DNA from: Eledone cirrhosa
Lineage: Eukaryota
NCBI GenBank assembly: GCA_964016885.1
Contig: OZ024744.1
Location: forward strand, 62,806,001 to 62,870,000
Direction: 5' to 3'
Length of the DNA: 64,000 nucleotides
The position numbers and the translations under genes are program-made. This document shows positions 37,866 through 50,392 of this stretch, piece after piece (the stretch's first letter is position 1; each line of letters starts with the position of its first letter). The notes beneath the pieces are model-generated. The model saw only the letters and a program-made list of their open reading frames with translations. It was not told the DNA's origin and did no database searches.

Positions 37866-38764
37866 AAGAACAACGACAGAAGGAAATAAATTAGATCAAA
37901 ATATAACCTGGAAATATACTTCAAACGAAATATACCATATATACTCGACTTTTAATTTTCATGATCAAATTTTTACACAAAAATGGGGGATTACAATATA
38001 TACATGTAATTGTTTGGCAGGGTTGATATTCATGTATTTTTAATGATTGTAACATTCAATTGTCAGTTATTAAAAAATAAGAGAAACCAGAAATAAAGTG
38101 AGTCAGCTGAAACCATACTTGTTGCCAAAGCAACAGCTCAGTAATGTACATATGTAGACACAGATGCATGCTAATGTTAATTCTTCATTTATAGGGGTGG
38201 GGGGTATTTTTAGATTTTAGAAGTTATATATAATGAATAAGTTGTTGCTCTTTGTGAAGCAACACAAAGAAAGAAAATTGGCTATGTAGGAGGCAGACAC
38301 AGGACAAAGAAGCTTATAAGTTACATGTTGCTGATAGAATACAATGGAGACATGAAAGATGTATTCAGACTTGAGCAAGCATATGTACCTGCAAATTTTC
38401 CTTATATCGGGTGTTTTATGTGATTTTTCCTGATATATTTGTGGTATATACAAAAACATGGAAACTAGGACTATAATATATATATAGGCTCTTTGTAAAA
38501 ATACTGACTTTTTTTTTTTCAAAGAAATTCTGGGGTTGTACTTTGGATGAAGTAGACCTATACACGAGTTTATATAATATTCATAATTTTAAGGTGGCTT
38601 GGAATTTATTCCACCTTCAACTTCCAAAATAAATATTTTATTGAAATAAATTTGGTTTTAATAAACATGGCGTTTTAAGTTATTCATTGAAAATATAAAA
38701 AAAAATTTTTCATCTTTATTTGATTCTGACAACCATCCAACCAGATGTCTCTCACATGAATTCC

Positions 38765-39308
38765 ATTACTAGTGTCCACTCTGTTGTTAGAGTTTGGGCC
38801 AGGTCTCTAGTTTGAAGATAACTTCTTACTAATCAAGAAGGTTCTGAAAAGAGCAATAGATAGTACCTTTCTCATCCTCACTAAATAGTAAAAATATATC
38901 TTAGGTGATAGAGTTAATCCCTCTTCCAGTTTAACACCACCATCTGGCAAACCTTTACTAGAGTATTAGTCCACACTGTTGTAAGAATTTGGGTCAGGTC
39001 TCTGGAGAGGGCTATAGATAATATCCTTTTCTCTTTTACTAAACTACAAATATGTTTTAGGTGGTAGAGTTAATTCCTCTTCCTCTTCCAGTTTAACACC
39101 ATCATCTGGAAAACCCTTGGGTACCTTTACTAGAGTCCACACTTGTAAGAATTTGGACTACTCTGGAGACCTACAGGTACCCTTCTGCCCTCACTAAACA
39201 ATAAAAATGTTTTAGTGGAAGAGTTAATTAATCCCTCTTCCAGTATAATACCATCCTCTAGCAAGCCCTTAGGTACCTTTACTAGAATCCTAGAGCCCAC
39301 ACTGTTGC
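38765..39308. repeat. ~170-190 bp tandem repeat, about 3 diverged units
   Basis: Recurrent tactag..gtccaca.t.ttgt.aga.tttgg...ctct and gagttaat..cctcttccagt.taa.acca.catc..g.aa.ccct motifs. Confidence 0.75.
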
Positions 39309-39384
39309 TCACAAACCTTTAGTTATTTAGAATGTTGCTATCAGTGTATATATATTATTAAGAATGACAATAAATGCAGGTGAG

Positions 39385-42300
39385 TGTTGTGACATGGTTT
39401 TACTTCACAAGTCAAATAAATTAATAGAAATAATTTTTACCACATGTTGATGGTCAGTTGGTCGCAACTCCCAGGCTGGAGCGTGTAGAGAAAGGGAGAG
39501 AGAAGACAGGAGTCATCTCTTAACAAGGTCTGAAGTGTTCTTGCTGCGGCGTAAGAAGTGAGAGAGTGCTTTAAGTTCTCAAATATATAGTCCCCAGGGG
39601 GACGCAACTCCCTTTAGTACATGGATCTGCCACTGAGAGTCGTGACCATCACAAAGGGACGCAACTCCTATATGTGCTGAGTTCCAGCCGTAAGGCGTCG
39701 CTACAGTACCCTCCCCCAGACGATAGGCAAAAAGCCCGAAGGCAATTGTAGCGAACCCACAAGCATGGGCTCCCAACACAGGCATGAAATATTAACGAAA
39801 AGGTACATGTATAAATCAAGCATGAAATAATAACGAAAGGATACATGTATACATAGTAATACAATAAAGAGAAAAACAAAAGAGCCTCCAGTGGCCAGCT
39901 CACATGAAAACAGTATGGCAGAGTTTTTGGGGCCAGTGGACTCTTCGACCGGAACGGGTCGTGGTATTGTATGTAGGTGAAGGTGGGGCAGAAGGAGCAG
40001 GTGTATGCACAAGAGAGAAAGATTGGGGGTATTTGTGGCTCGGGTGTATGAGCGTCATTGTGTGCCCTTTTTAGTCTATCCACCGAAATTGTCTCTCTGG
40101 ACCCCTTAATGTCTACTGTGAAATGTTTGTCAGTACGTGCTAACACACGGTAGGGTCCAGAGTACGGTTGTGTGAGGGGTGGAATAACTGCATCGTTTCT
40201 GACGAATACATGGGTCCACGAGGCAATATCCCTCGGGACTGCAGCTTTAATAGTTTGTTTCCTAGTATTCATGGGCGGTAAGTCCTGAAAATAAGAGCGC
40301 AAACGAGATACAAAGGAAAGAGGGTCCTGAAAAGCAAGATCAACAGAGGCAAGCATTTGCCCAGGCAATGCTAGAGGAGCACTCTACAGTAATTCGGCCA
40401 GGGAGAACCCAAGGTCCTCCTTTATTGATGACAGAATTCCTAACAACACAATAGGAAGGTACTTGCTCCAACGTAGAGAGTCTGGGTAGGCACGAAGAGC
40501 GGCCTTTAATTGGCGGTGGAATCGTTCCACCATTCCATTCGAAGCAGGATGATAGGCCGTGGTCCGAATCTATTGAGCACCAATGGTCTTTGTCAGCTCA
40601 GAGAAGAGATGAGACTCAAATTGTCTACCACGGTCTGTGGTGACTGTAGTTGGTACCCCAAAGCGGGTAATCCACCCTGAAACCAGGGCACGCGCTATAG
40701 TCTCGGCAGTTATATCTTGTAAGGGGATGGCTTCAGGCCATCACGAAAAATGATCGACGCAGGTCAACAGGTAAGAATATCCACTGCTGAATGGCCAAGG
40801 TCCAACGATGTCAATGTGGATGTGTTGAAACCGAGCATCTGGAGTACTGAAAGTACCAAGTGGAGTCCAGATGTGTCTGTGGACTTTAGATCTCTGACAC
40901 TGTGTGCAGGAACGGCACCAGACAGTAATTCCTCGCCTCATATTGAGCCAGAAAAATCTAGCCGTTATAAGCTTTACTGTGGCAGAAATTCCTGGGTGAG
41001 AAATGCTGTGCAAAGCAAGGAACACAATTCGACGGTGAGTCTCAGGAACATATGGTCGTGGTGCACCCGTAGATACATCACACAGAATCTGCCTGTCGGT
41101 GGTCAACAAGGGCAGATATTTGAAGATGCAAGTCGCAAACTCGGCAGAAAGAGTATCCAACGATTGGAGTGCAGCTAAACGACAAGTCGATCTCCTGGGA
41201 TGGAACTGATTGGCAAACATGACAATGCGTCTGCAGCTATGTTAAGCGAGCCAGCAATGTGCTGGATATCATTTGTAAATTGCGAAACGTAATCCAGGTG
41301 CCTTGTCTCTCTGGGTGAATAGCTGTCGGCTTTAGCCCTCAAAGCGAAGGTCAGAGGTTTGTGGTCAGTTAAAACAGTAAAATTTCTCCCCTCAAGAATA
41401 TGAGAGAAATGTTTAACCGACAGATATATGGCTAATAATTCCCGCCCAAACGTGCTGTAACACGTTTCTGCTGGTTTCAGCTTCCTTGAGAAAAATGCCA
41501 AAGGTTGTTGGTTTCCAGCGTTGTACTGCTGTAAAACTGCTCCCACAGCGGTATCAGATGCATCAACACAAAGCGAAAGCTTGGCCTCTGGTATCGGGTG
41601 GGCTAGCAAAGATGAACTAGCGAGTGCTGTCTTGGCAGTCTGGAAGTTAAGCTGTCCTTGTGTCAAGGAAATATCCTCATTCTTCTTAAGACGATCTTTC
41701 AAAATGTCAGTAAGGGAAGATAGCAAATTAGCACAATGAGGAACGAAACGCCTAGAAATTGATTAGGCCTAAGAAGTGACGCAACTGGTGAAGTGTAGTA
41801 GGCGGAGGTAAATCCTGTATGGCTTGAACTCGCTGAGGGAGGAGCCTAATACCTTCGGCGTCGATGAGGTGGCCTAAAAAATTTAGTGAAGTGGAACCGA
41901 AAACACACTTTGCGGGATTCACATGAACGCGGTAATCCTGAAGTCACCGAAATAAGAGATGCATATGCTCTTCCGGAGAGGAACTAGTGACGAGAAGATC
42001 GTCTATGTATACATAAACGAAGTCCAGACCACGAGTGACTTCATCTATGAACCGCTGAAAAGTGATAGCGGCGTTCCTGAGTCCGAAAAGCATGGTAAAA
42101 AATTTGAAGGATGCGAAAGGAGTTGTAATCGCCGTTTTCGGAATATCCTCCTTCCTGACCGGAATTTGGTGGTAGGCTCGTACTAAATCTAGCTTTGAGA
42201 AAATCTTACACCCCAGCAATGACGATGCAAAATCCTGGAGATGGGGGATGGGATACCTATCCGGGACGGTCATAGCATTTAACCTCTTATAATCCCCAGT

Positions 42301-42486
42301 TGGTCTCCAGTTGCCGGAAGTCTTGGGCACCATGTGTAACGGTGAAGCCCAAGGACTCGTAGATGGGCAAATAATGCCCAGCTGCAGCATATGGTCGAAC
42401 TCGGACCGTGCTGCCTTTAATTTGTCCGTTGGTAAGCAGCGTGGACGCGAAAACACTGGAGCACCGGCGGTGGAAATGAAATCCAC
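39385..42486 (-). mobile_element. 5'-truncated Gypsy element (CsRn1-like pol) with 3' LTR
   Basis: RT (YIDD) 41944-42486, RNase H (VDAS, TDHKPL) 41175-41726, integrase with HHCC and GPY(R) 39649-41220. PPT TGGGGGAGGGTAC abuts the LTR 39385-39705. Confidence 0.9.
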
Positions 42487-43085
42487 TTAGAAGTGGATTT
42501 TTACTTTGTCTTTGATCCTTACAGGGGTTGATAAAATAAAGTTAACCTCAGCAAGATTTGAACTCAGAATTTAAAGGGTCAGAACTAAATACTGCAAAGC
42601 ATTTTGTCCAACACTACCGATTCTGCCAATTCAAGAATAATGTAGACATGCTGTACTTATGGCTGAATAGACACATTCAACCAGGACCATACAACAACAC
42701 TGTCACCTGTCAATGGTTTATATATGCATGCAAGTAGAAAACAATATCTATATATAAATTTGTGTCTGCGTTTGCGTGTTTAGAATTTTTTTCAACACAA
42801 TGTGTGTATGAGTATATTATAGTTTATAGAAAAATAAAATATTCAACAAATAAATAACAGTAGAAAAATTGTTTTAATATATACAATCATCATCATCATC
42901 GTTTAACGTCTATCTTCCACGCTAGCAAGGGTTTAGATGGGAATTGTCCTACTTGAGGCATAATTGGTCGGGTGACCATGTCTCGTTCGTATAGGACTGT
43001 CTGGCAAGTTTTCTACAGCTGGATGCCCCTCCTAACACTAACCACATTTACAGCGTGGACTGTGTGTTTTTTGTCGTGACACCTA

Positions 43086-43457
43086 TGTAGTGAACAGAAT
43101 TAAATGTATTTTCCTTTGTGATTGAATGTATTTTCCTTTGGCGGAAGAATGGTGTCACAGAGATAAATTGGCTGAAGTGTGAGCCAATCAAGGCCCTCAA
43201 CGGATTGAGACAAGTTGCTGGACTACTTGGACTAGAGACAAAGTTGGCTGACAGGGTAGAGAGACAGAGTTAACTGAACGACCTGGTAGCATCAAGACGT
43301 CCGACATTTGATATGCCACCATTCTTTCACATCTCCACTGGAATATGCAGCCAACACGATGTGAAGACTTACTCAACCTTCTCTTGTTATTTCGATTCCA
43401 TATTTGTACAACAAATAAAAAGGAATTTTTGTTATAATGGATTATGTCGTTTTCGTA
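43086..43457 (+). mobile_element. 3'-truncated solo LTR inserted in an RTE 3' UTR
   Basis: Starts TGTAGTGAAC and aligns with 50393-50464 and 54250-54560; contains AATAAA. Confidence 0.75.
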
Positions 43458-43974
43458 TGGTACCAACATAACTTTACAGAGAAAGGGTGGTGTTGGCGGG
43501 AGTGGGGTGGAGCAGGGGTAGTGAGATGGGGTATATATTTGGTTAAAAGGTGCCTACTGACTGTAGGTTTCTCTTTGTACATAGATCTTCTGTATTACTG
43601 TGTAGCGCCAAAGCTCTCGGTCCAGTGACATTGTCTTAGAGAGGTGTAAATGTGTAAGGTTGGAATTTATCAAATCGTCCCAGGTTTTTCTGGGTCTACC
43701 TACTAATATATAATATAATACAATGTACATCCAGTCCATCGATATAAAATTTTTATTACAAAATATCTTTATAAACATTGGTAAGTTTGTGTAATAATAC
43801 ATGCAAACATTCACAGTCACACACATATACATGAACAGACACACTTCGGGAGTCACAAAGCAACTACGTACTATAATTTGGGATGATAAAATGTGTAAAA
43901 AAAAAGCAAACATATTCATGATGATGATGATGACAAAGCCTACACATATATACAGTGGATCTCTGTAATTTCTG

Positions 43975-45038
43975 ACCCACCAGGGCTCTGTTCTTAGCCC
44001 TCTCCTGTTCATCATAGTCCTGCAGGCAATAACGGAGGAGTTTAAGACCGGATGCCCATGGGAACTCCTGTATGCTGATGACCTCGCACTTATAGCTGAA
44101 TCTATGGTAGAACTAGAGAAGAAATTTCAAACTTGGAAGCAGGGACTAGAAAGGCAGGGTCTCAAAGTCAACCTGACAAAGACTAAGGTCCTTGTAAGTA
44201 GACGAGGAAACAGAACCCAGATCCCCTCAGGGAAATGGCCTTGCTCAGTATGTAGAAAAGGTGTAGGTAGGAACTACATTCTCTGCCCCAAATGCAAACA
44301 ATGGGTACACAAGAGATGTAGCGGGATCTCAGGAAGCTTAATTAAGAATGTAGGCTTCACATGCAGCAGCTGTGCTGGGACAGCAAGCAACAAACAGCCA
44401 CAGGAAACAAGTACCACCAAACTCTGGGAGGGCTCTGTAGAAACAGTAGACAGCTTCTGCTACCTAGGTGACCAAATTAGCAGCGGAGGTGGGTGTTCAG
44501 AAAGTACAATAACTAGGGTAAGAACAGGATGGAAGAAGTTCAGGGAGCTACTTCCACTGCTAGCGGTTGCGTTGGTATGGACATGTGATGCGCATGAAGG
44601 ATGACAGCTGCATAAAAAGGTGCAGAGCACTAAAAGTTGATGGAAACCGTGGAGTGGGGAGACCCAAGACCTGGGATGAGGTGATAAAAGCCGACCTTAC
44701 CCAATTACACCTCTCAAAGGCGATGACACACGACTGTGACCTCTGGCGTCATGCAGTAATACAGAGTACCTGACCTCCCATGGTTATAAGCCAAAGCTGA
44801 AGCATATAGACAATATGCTCCCACTAGAGTGAACATGTAGGCGCCATGAAAAAAAGCACCCAGCACTCACTGTAAATGAGGCTGGTGTTAGGAAAGGCAT
44901 CCAGCTGTAGAAATCAAGCTAAAATCAGTTCCTGTATGAGCAAAGCATGGTCAGCCGACCAGACACTGCCCAAAACAGGACAACCCGTCTAACCCATGCT
45001 AGCATGGAAGAACGGACGTAAAACGGTGATGATGATGA
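43975..45038 (+). mobile_element. RTE LINE 3' part with 3' UTR and (GAT)n tail
   Basis: HQGSVLSPLLF, LYADDL and RWYGHVMR; ORF ends at 44773, followed by the GGAA(A/G)GGCATCCAGCTGTA UTR and GAT repeats. Confidence 0.9.
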
Positions 45039-45074
45039 AACATACATATATACATGCAAACATACATACACATA

Positions 45075-45955
45075 TCATCATCACCGTTTAACGTCCATCT
45101 TCCATGCTTGCATGAGTTTGGACGGGAATTTTCCCACTTGAGGCAAGATTGGTTGTCTTGCTCGTATAGGACTGTCTGGCGGGTTTTCTACGGCTGGATG
45201 CCCTTCCTAACACCAACCACGTTTACAGTGTGGACTGGGAGGTTTTTACCGTGTTACCTACACGGCCACATTACAGTGTGGACTGTGATTTTTTTGTCGT
45301 GACACAACCTCATTTATTTCAGACTGGATGTTGTGGTACCAACAAAACTTTACATTGAAAGGGGTGGTGTGGATGGGGTGGGGGTAGTGGGACAAGTGTG
45401 TATTTTTGTTAAGAGGTGCCTACTGACTGTAGGTTTCGCTTTGTACTTAGGCAAGGCGGGTCTTCTGTATTGCTGTGTAGCGCCAAAGATCTCCGTCCAG
45501 TGACATTGTCTTGGAGAGGTGTAAGTGTGTGAGGTCGGAATTTATCAAGTCGTCCCAGGTTTTTCTGGGTCTGCCTACTCCGTGGCTACCGTCTATTTTC
45601 ATTGCCCTGCACTTTTTTATACAGCTGCCGTCTTTCATGCGCATCACATGACCATACCAACGTAGTCTTCTCTCGAGTAAACAACATCTGATCCCACTTA
45701 TTCCTAATTTCTCCCTTAGTTCATTTATGCTTTGCCGTTCACGTATATTACAATTACACATCCTATGGAGAATGCAAGCTTCGTTCCTCTCCAGTCTGCG
45801 TATATCCTCTGCACACAATGCCCAGGTCTCACTGCCATGTAACATTGCTGTTCGTATACAGGCATCATACAATCTGCCTTTCATTTTTAGAGAGAAACCT
45901 TTAGCGGGCAATAGTGGTATAAGCTCTCTGAACTTTTTCCATCCCGTTCTGACTA
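45075..45955 (-). mobile_element. RTE LINE 3' end with complete 3' UTR
   Basis: Intact C-terminal ORF 45447-45911 runs directly into a UTR ending in (GAT)n. Confidence 0.9.
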
Positions 45956-46081
45956 GCTACTGTACTTTATGCAAACACACATATACATATATACATACAA
46001 ACATGCACACATATGCAAACACTGGAGTTACCAAATTCTTTAAATACAATCTGTGGTTAATCTGAAAATAGTCACTGTACA

Positions 46082-46132
46082 TTAGGAAGTGGAGTCGTCA
46101 GCACACAAGGAGTCGTCAAATAAGGATGTTGG
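46082..46132 (-). CDS. KIF4: KIF4-like terminal coding exon
   Basis: ttttttccag acceptor; phase 0 gives PTSLFDDSLCADDSTS-TAA. Confidence 0.65.
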   Translation of the reverse strand, partial: PTSLFDDSLCADDSTS

Positions 46133-46499
46133 CTGGAAAAAAAAATAGCAAAGATTAAATTATAAAGATTCTTTAATTACTGTGTCAGCATTATACATCA
46201 TTTAGAGCAGAGGTTCTTAAAGTGGGTACTACTGCAACGCCCTGGAGGCGTTGGGAAGGGAGCAGAGATGATACAATAGTATATTAAATATTAAATGACA
46301 CATATTATATATAAATATAGTAAAATAAAAAATATATATTTATTTATACACAATTTATATATAATAAATAATATAATAAATAATTGTTTCTACTTTAGGC
46401 ACAAGGCCAGCAATTTACCAGTTCATTACTGGTACTTTATTTTATCGACCCTGTAAGGATGACAGGCAAAATAATATAACGAAAACACATTTTTTGGAA

Positions 46500-47380
46500 G
46501 GTTAATTAATAGTGTACAGGAATATGGGATTGATGGTCAGCTTCTTGCCACCTGATGTCCTTATATGAATGCCTGAAAATTTGTGTTTGGATAAATGGTG
46601 CTAAATTGAAACCATTCAATGTGGGAGTTGCATTCCGCCAAGGGGTGTACTGTCACGTCAATCCTGTTCATGTAAATAATGAACAGGAGAGATGTGCAGC
46701 CAGGTTGGAAGTGGTATCAGTACTGGCGGGTGTAAAATCAGTCGGCTGGAATTTTCAGATGACATGGTGTTACTTAACTCAACAGAAGGTGATCTCCGAC
46801 TTGCACTTGATTTTCTTTCCAGCCATGCAGCAAATCTGTGCTGCAAAATATGAGACACTCATCCTCTCAAGGAAGCCTGCGCAGTGCACTACATGTGAAT
46901 GAAGTTCCACTTAAGCTGGTAGGGTAGTTCAAGCATCTCAGGCCGTGTTTCACAAGTGATGGAAGACAGGAGTCAGAATATAGCACAAGAATTGCACTTT
47001 ATTATAACCAGAAGGGGAATAGGTGTAAAAGCCAAACTCACCATCTTCAATTTGTGAATATGATTGAATACAAGTTGCCGAAAAGGTATTTGGAGTAACG
47101 TTGCTCGATAGAGTTGAGAGATCATAGCTCCAATACAATGGGAATGTGGTTAGAATGTCTCAAGAAAGAATCTCTGAACAGATTTTATGGGCAAAACCAA
47201 CCAGCAAGAGATCCAGGGGTAGTCCCCGAGCAAGATGACTGAATAACATCCATGAACTTGGCTGGTCTTGCTTGAGGATCCAGTGAGATCAGTTGGAGCC
47301 AGTTGCCTCTGATAGGACCCATGGGAAGGAGTGTTTGAGGACTCTGCCCCCACGACCCTCTCAGGAATAAGTGGGCAAAG
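46500..47380 (+). mobile_element. Highly decayed RT LINE fragment (RTE-like)
   Basis: Residual F.V.V..RQG and RT domain 5-7 like text. Boundaries approximate. Confidence 0.5.
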
Positions 47381-47491
47381 AAGAATTAATCTTGCTATGC
47401 GAGTACTTATTTTATTTATTGATCTTAAATAGAATTTCCATTATCACAATAACAACAACAACAACAAAAACAACAATAGAAATTTAAATAC

Positions 47492-47602
47492 CTTATTTTT
47501 ACAGTCTAAACAGGTACATGAAGCCACACAGAATGAGATTTTCTTAAAACAAGAACAAATTCTGGAATTACATTGAGAGCGCGCACATTTGCAGCCTTTT
47601 AA
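47492..47602 (-). CDS. KIF4: KIF4-like exon encoding the Cys-rich CXC domain
   Basis: Poly-T plus ag acceptor and AAG|gtattt donor. LKGCKCARSQCNSRICSCFKKISFCVASCTCLDCKNK has 9 Cys with a terminal CxN. Confidence 0.85.
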
Positions 47603-48049
47603 CTAAAAAAAAGAAAAAGAAAAAAAAAAAGAATATATATATCATCATCATCTTCGTTTAACGTCCATCTTCCACGCTAGCATGGGTTAGACGGGAGTTG
47701 TCCCACTTGAGGCAAGGTTGGTCGGGTGACCGTGTCTCGCTCATATAGGACTATCTGGCAGGTTTTCTACGGCTTGATGCCCTTCCTAACACCAACCACA
47801 TTTACAGTGTGGAACTGGGAACTTTTTACCGTGTTACCTACACAGCCACATTACAGTGTGGACTGTGTTTTTTTCTCGTGACACCTACACGATCTGATTA
47901 TCTCATTTGGACTGGATGTTGTGGTACCAACTTTACAGAGAGAGGGTGGTGTTGGTGGGAGTGGGAGGATAAGATAGGGGTAGTGGATTGGGGCGTATAT
48001 ATATATATAATGCACAGTACCTCCTAATAAACAACAATAACTTCCTACT

Positions 48050-48610
48050 CTTTGTAGGTGTCTTCAACGGACATGCGGGACAACTTTGCGAGGGCTTTGA
48101 TGGGATCCACAGGGGTTACTGGTACAATACTAGAAACAAGGAAGGCTTCAGACTCCTGGAATTCTGCGATGCAAATGACCTATTTATCAGTATTACGAAC
48201 TTCAGAAAACGAGACAGCCACCTAATCATATAGATCAGGTACCTCGCCAGCCAAATTGATTTCATTGTTATTAGAAGACGAGACAGAGTGACTGTTAGAA
48301 ACACAAAGTCAGAAGAACCCAGCAACAGAAACCAAACTGGAGTATGGAAGTTAAAAGACCCATCAAGCTAACAAATTTAGAAGAATGTTGAATGACGCCT
48401 TCAAAGCGAGGAAGAGCAAATAGAGAAATATGATATAGAGGAGCAGTGGGAGTTCCTGAAAGGTAACCTACTAAGGCAACAGATGAAATCTGTGGTTGGA
48501 GTATATCTCTAGGGGACGAAGAGTGACTTGGTGGTGGAATAGTAAATTAGACGAAACAATTAAGGCCAAAAGACAGACTTAGAAAGATTGGCATAATGGG
48601 GGTAATAGCC
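48050..48610 (+). mobile_element. RTE LINE endonuclease fragment
   Basis: NGHAG...RNKEGFRLLEFCDANDL...TNF motifs in ORF 47988-48233. Confidence 0.75.
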
Positions 48611-49972
48611 CAGACAGAAGTTTACCCTGCATTTCCCTCCCGCCTATCCCTACTCACCACCATAGTTATATGGTCCAATCAAAACTCAGAGATTTGCTTA
48701 TTATAAACCGCTATTGCAAAGCCATCGCTTTGGCTATTACTCCTTAAGTTTAGACCTGGTTGTTGTTCGGTAAATAGACTACAGATTTGGAGAGTCTGAG
48801 CAATGTCAAAGATAAATTCACCTCCTACCACTGGACAAGCATGCAAGCACTCTGCTATTTCAGACATGGAAGACCAAGGCCAATATAATTCCGCCCCACA
48901 CATCCCTCCCTGTGCCTCCATCCCATCCCTTCCTCCCACCCAGCGAAATCCAAAACTTCAGAGTTGGTACCATGAACGTAGGCATATTTAAAGGTCACTC
49001 AAACAAGGTTGTAGAGATGCTTGAACGTAAGGAAGTTGATGTTTGTTGTGTTCAAGGGACCAAGTGAGGGGTGGATCTGATAAATTCATTGTCGGCAAGA
49101 AACAATGCTATAAACCTTTCTGGGTGGGAAATGACAACGGGCTGGGTGATGTAGGAATTATGTTAGCAGAAAAATGGGTAGATAAGGTAATTGTCGTAAA
49201 TAGTAGTCTTATTTTAATTATTCTGTCATTTACTCTGTGTCAATAATATCTGCTTATGCACCCCAATCTGGCCTACCTGACGTTATAAAAGACAGGTTTT
49301 ATGAGTTGCTAATGTTTACTACCTCCCAAATAACTGACAGTGACTACATAATTATTGCTGGCGACCTTAATAGTCGTGTTGGACATCATTGTGATGTCTA
49401 TGACGGGATCCATGGAGGCTATGGGTTTGGTACTAGAAATGAGGAAGGCTTCAGAATCCTGGAATTCTGTGATGCTAATAACCTAACTATCTGTAACACA
49501 AACTTCAAAAAACGAGACAATCACTTGATCACCTATAGATCAGGGGAACACAGCCAGATAGATTATACCCTTACGAGAAGACGTGACAGAGTGTCTGATG
49601 TAAACACTAAATCCCTCCCCCATGAAGAATGCACCTCCCAACATAGTCTAGTAGTTAGTGACCTCATAGTCAGGACTAGACGTACTCGGCGACAGAGGAG
49701 GCCTACCTTGAGGAGAAGAATATGGAAGTTGAAGGACCCCACAGCCAGTATCAAATTTAAAAGGATATTACTTGATGCTTTTGACAGTAAGGAAGAACAA
49801 TTTCAGACGTACTATATAGAGGAACAGTGGGAATTCCTGAAAGATAACTGCTGAAGGCAACAGATGAAATCTGTTGCTGGAGCAGACGTTTAGGCAGGAG
49901 GAGACAATCAAGGCCAAAAAGCAGGCTTGGAAAGAATGGCGGGATGGGGGAAGTAGAGAACACTATCAGGTG

Positions 49973-50312
49973 TATAGCGAAGATACTGGGTTGTATGAAT
50001 GTAACAAGGAGACATGGTTTGTGTGTATAATATTTAATTAACAATCATGGATATATATAGAACAGTATAGTTGACATGTCAAAGAAATAGATGATAGAAT
50101 GAAGCAAAGTTAGTAGTTACCGTTTTGATTGCCAGGCAAACGCGAGACGCCTGGCGAAGGCCAGGCGCCGGAAGAGCAAATGAGAGGGAGAGAGCCGAGA
50201 GCTATTCGTTTTATAGGGCTCTGCCGGATGTTACAGAAAGGGTTCTACTTCCCGTCTAGATGTTGTTAATCTATTGGGGTTGTGAGTCACAACAAGGGAG
50301 GCCACTGCTACA
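49973..50312 (-). mobile_element. Solo LTR with GGTG TSD
   Basis: GGTG at 49969-49972 and 50313-50316; removal restores RTE TAT CAG GTG GCT AGG (YQVAR). Minus-strand termini TGTAGCAG...TCGCTATA. Confidence 0.75.
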
Positions 50313-50392
50313 GGTGGCTAGGAGAGAAGATAGGCGACAAGTGTACTGTGCAAAAAGGGAAGCAGAGGATAGAAAGTTCAAGCATGTTCTAC

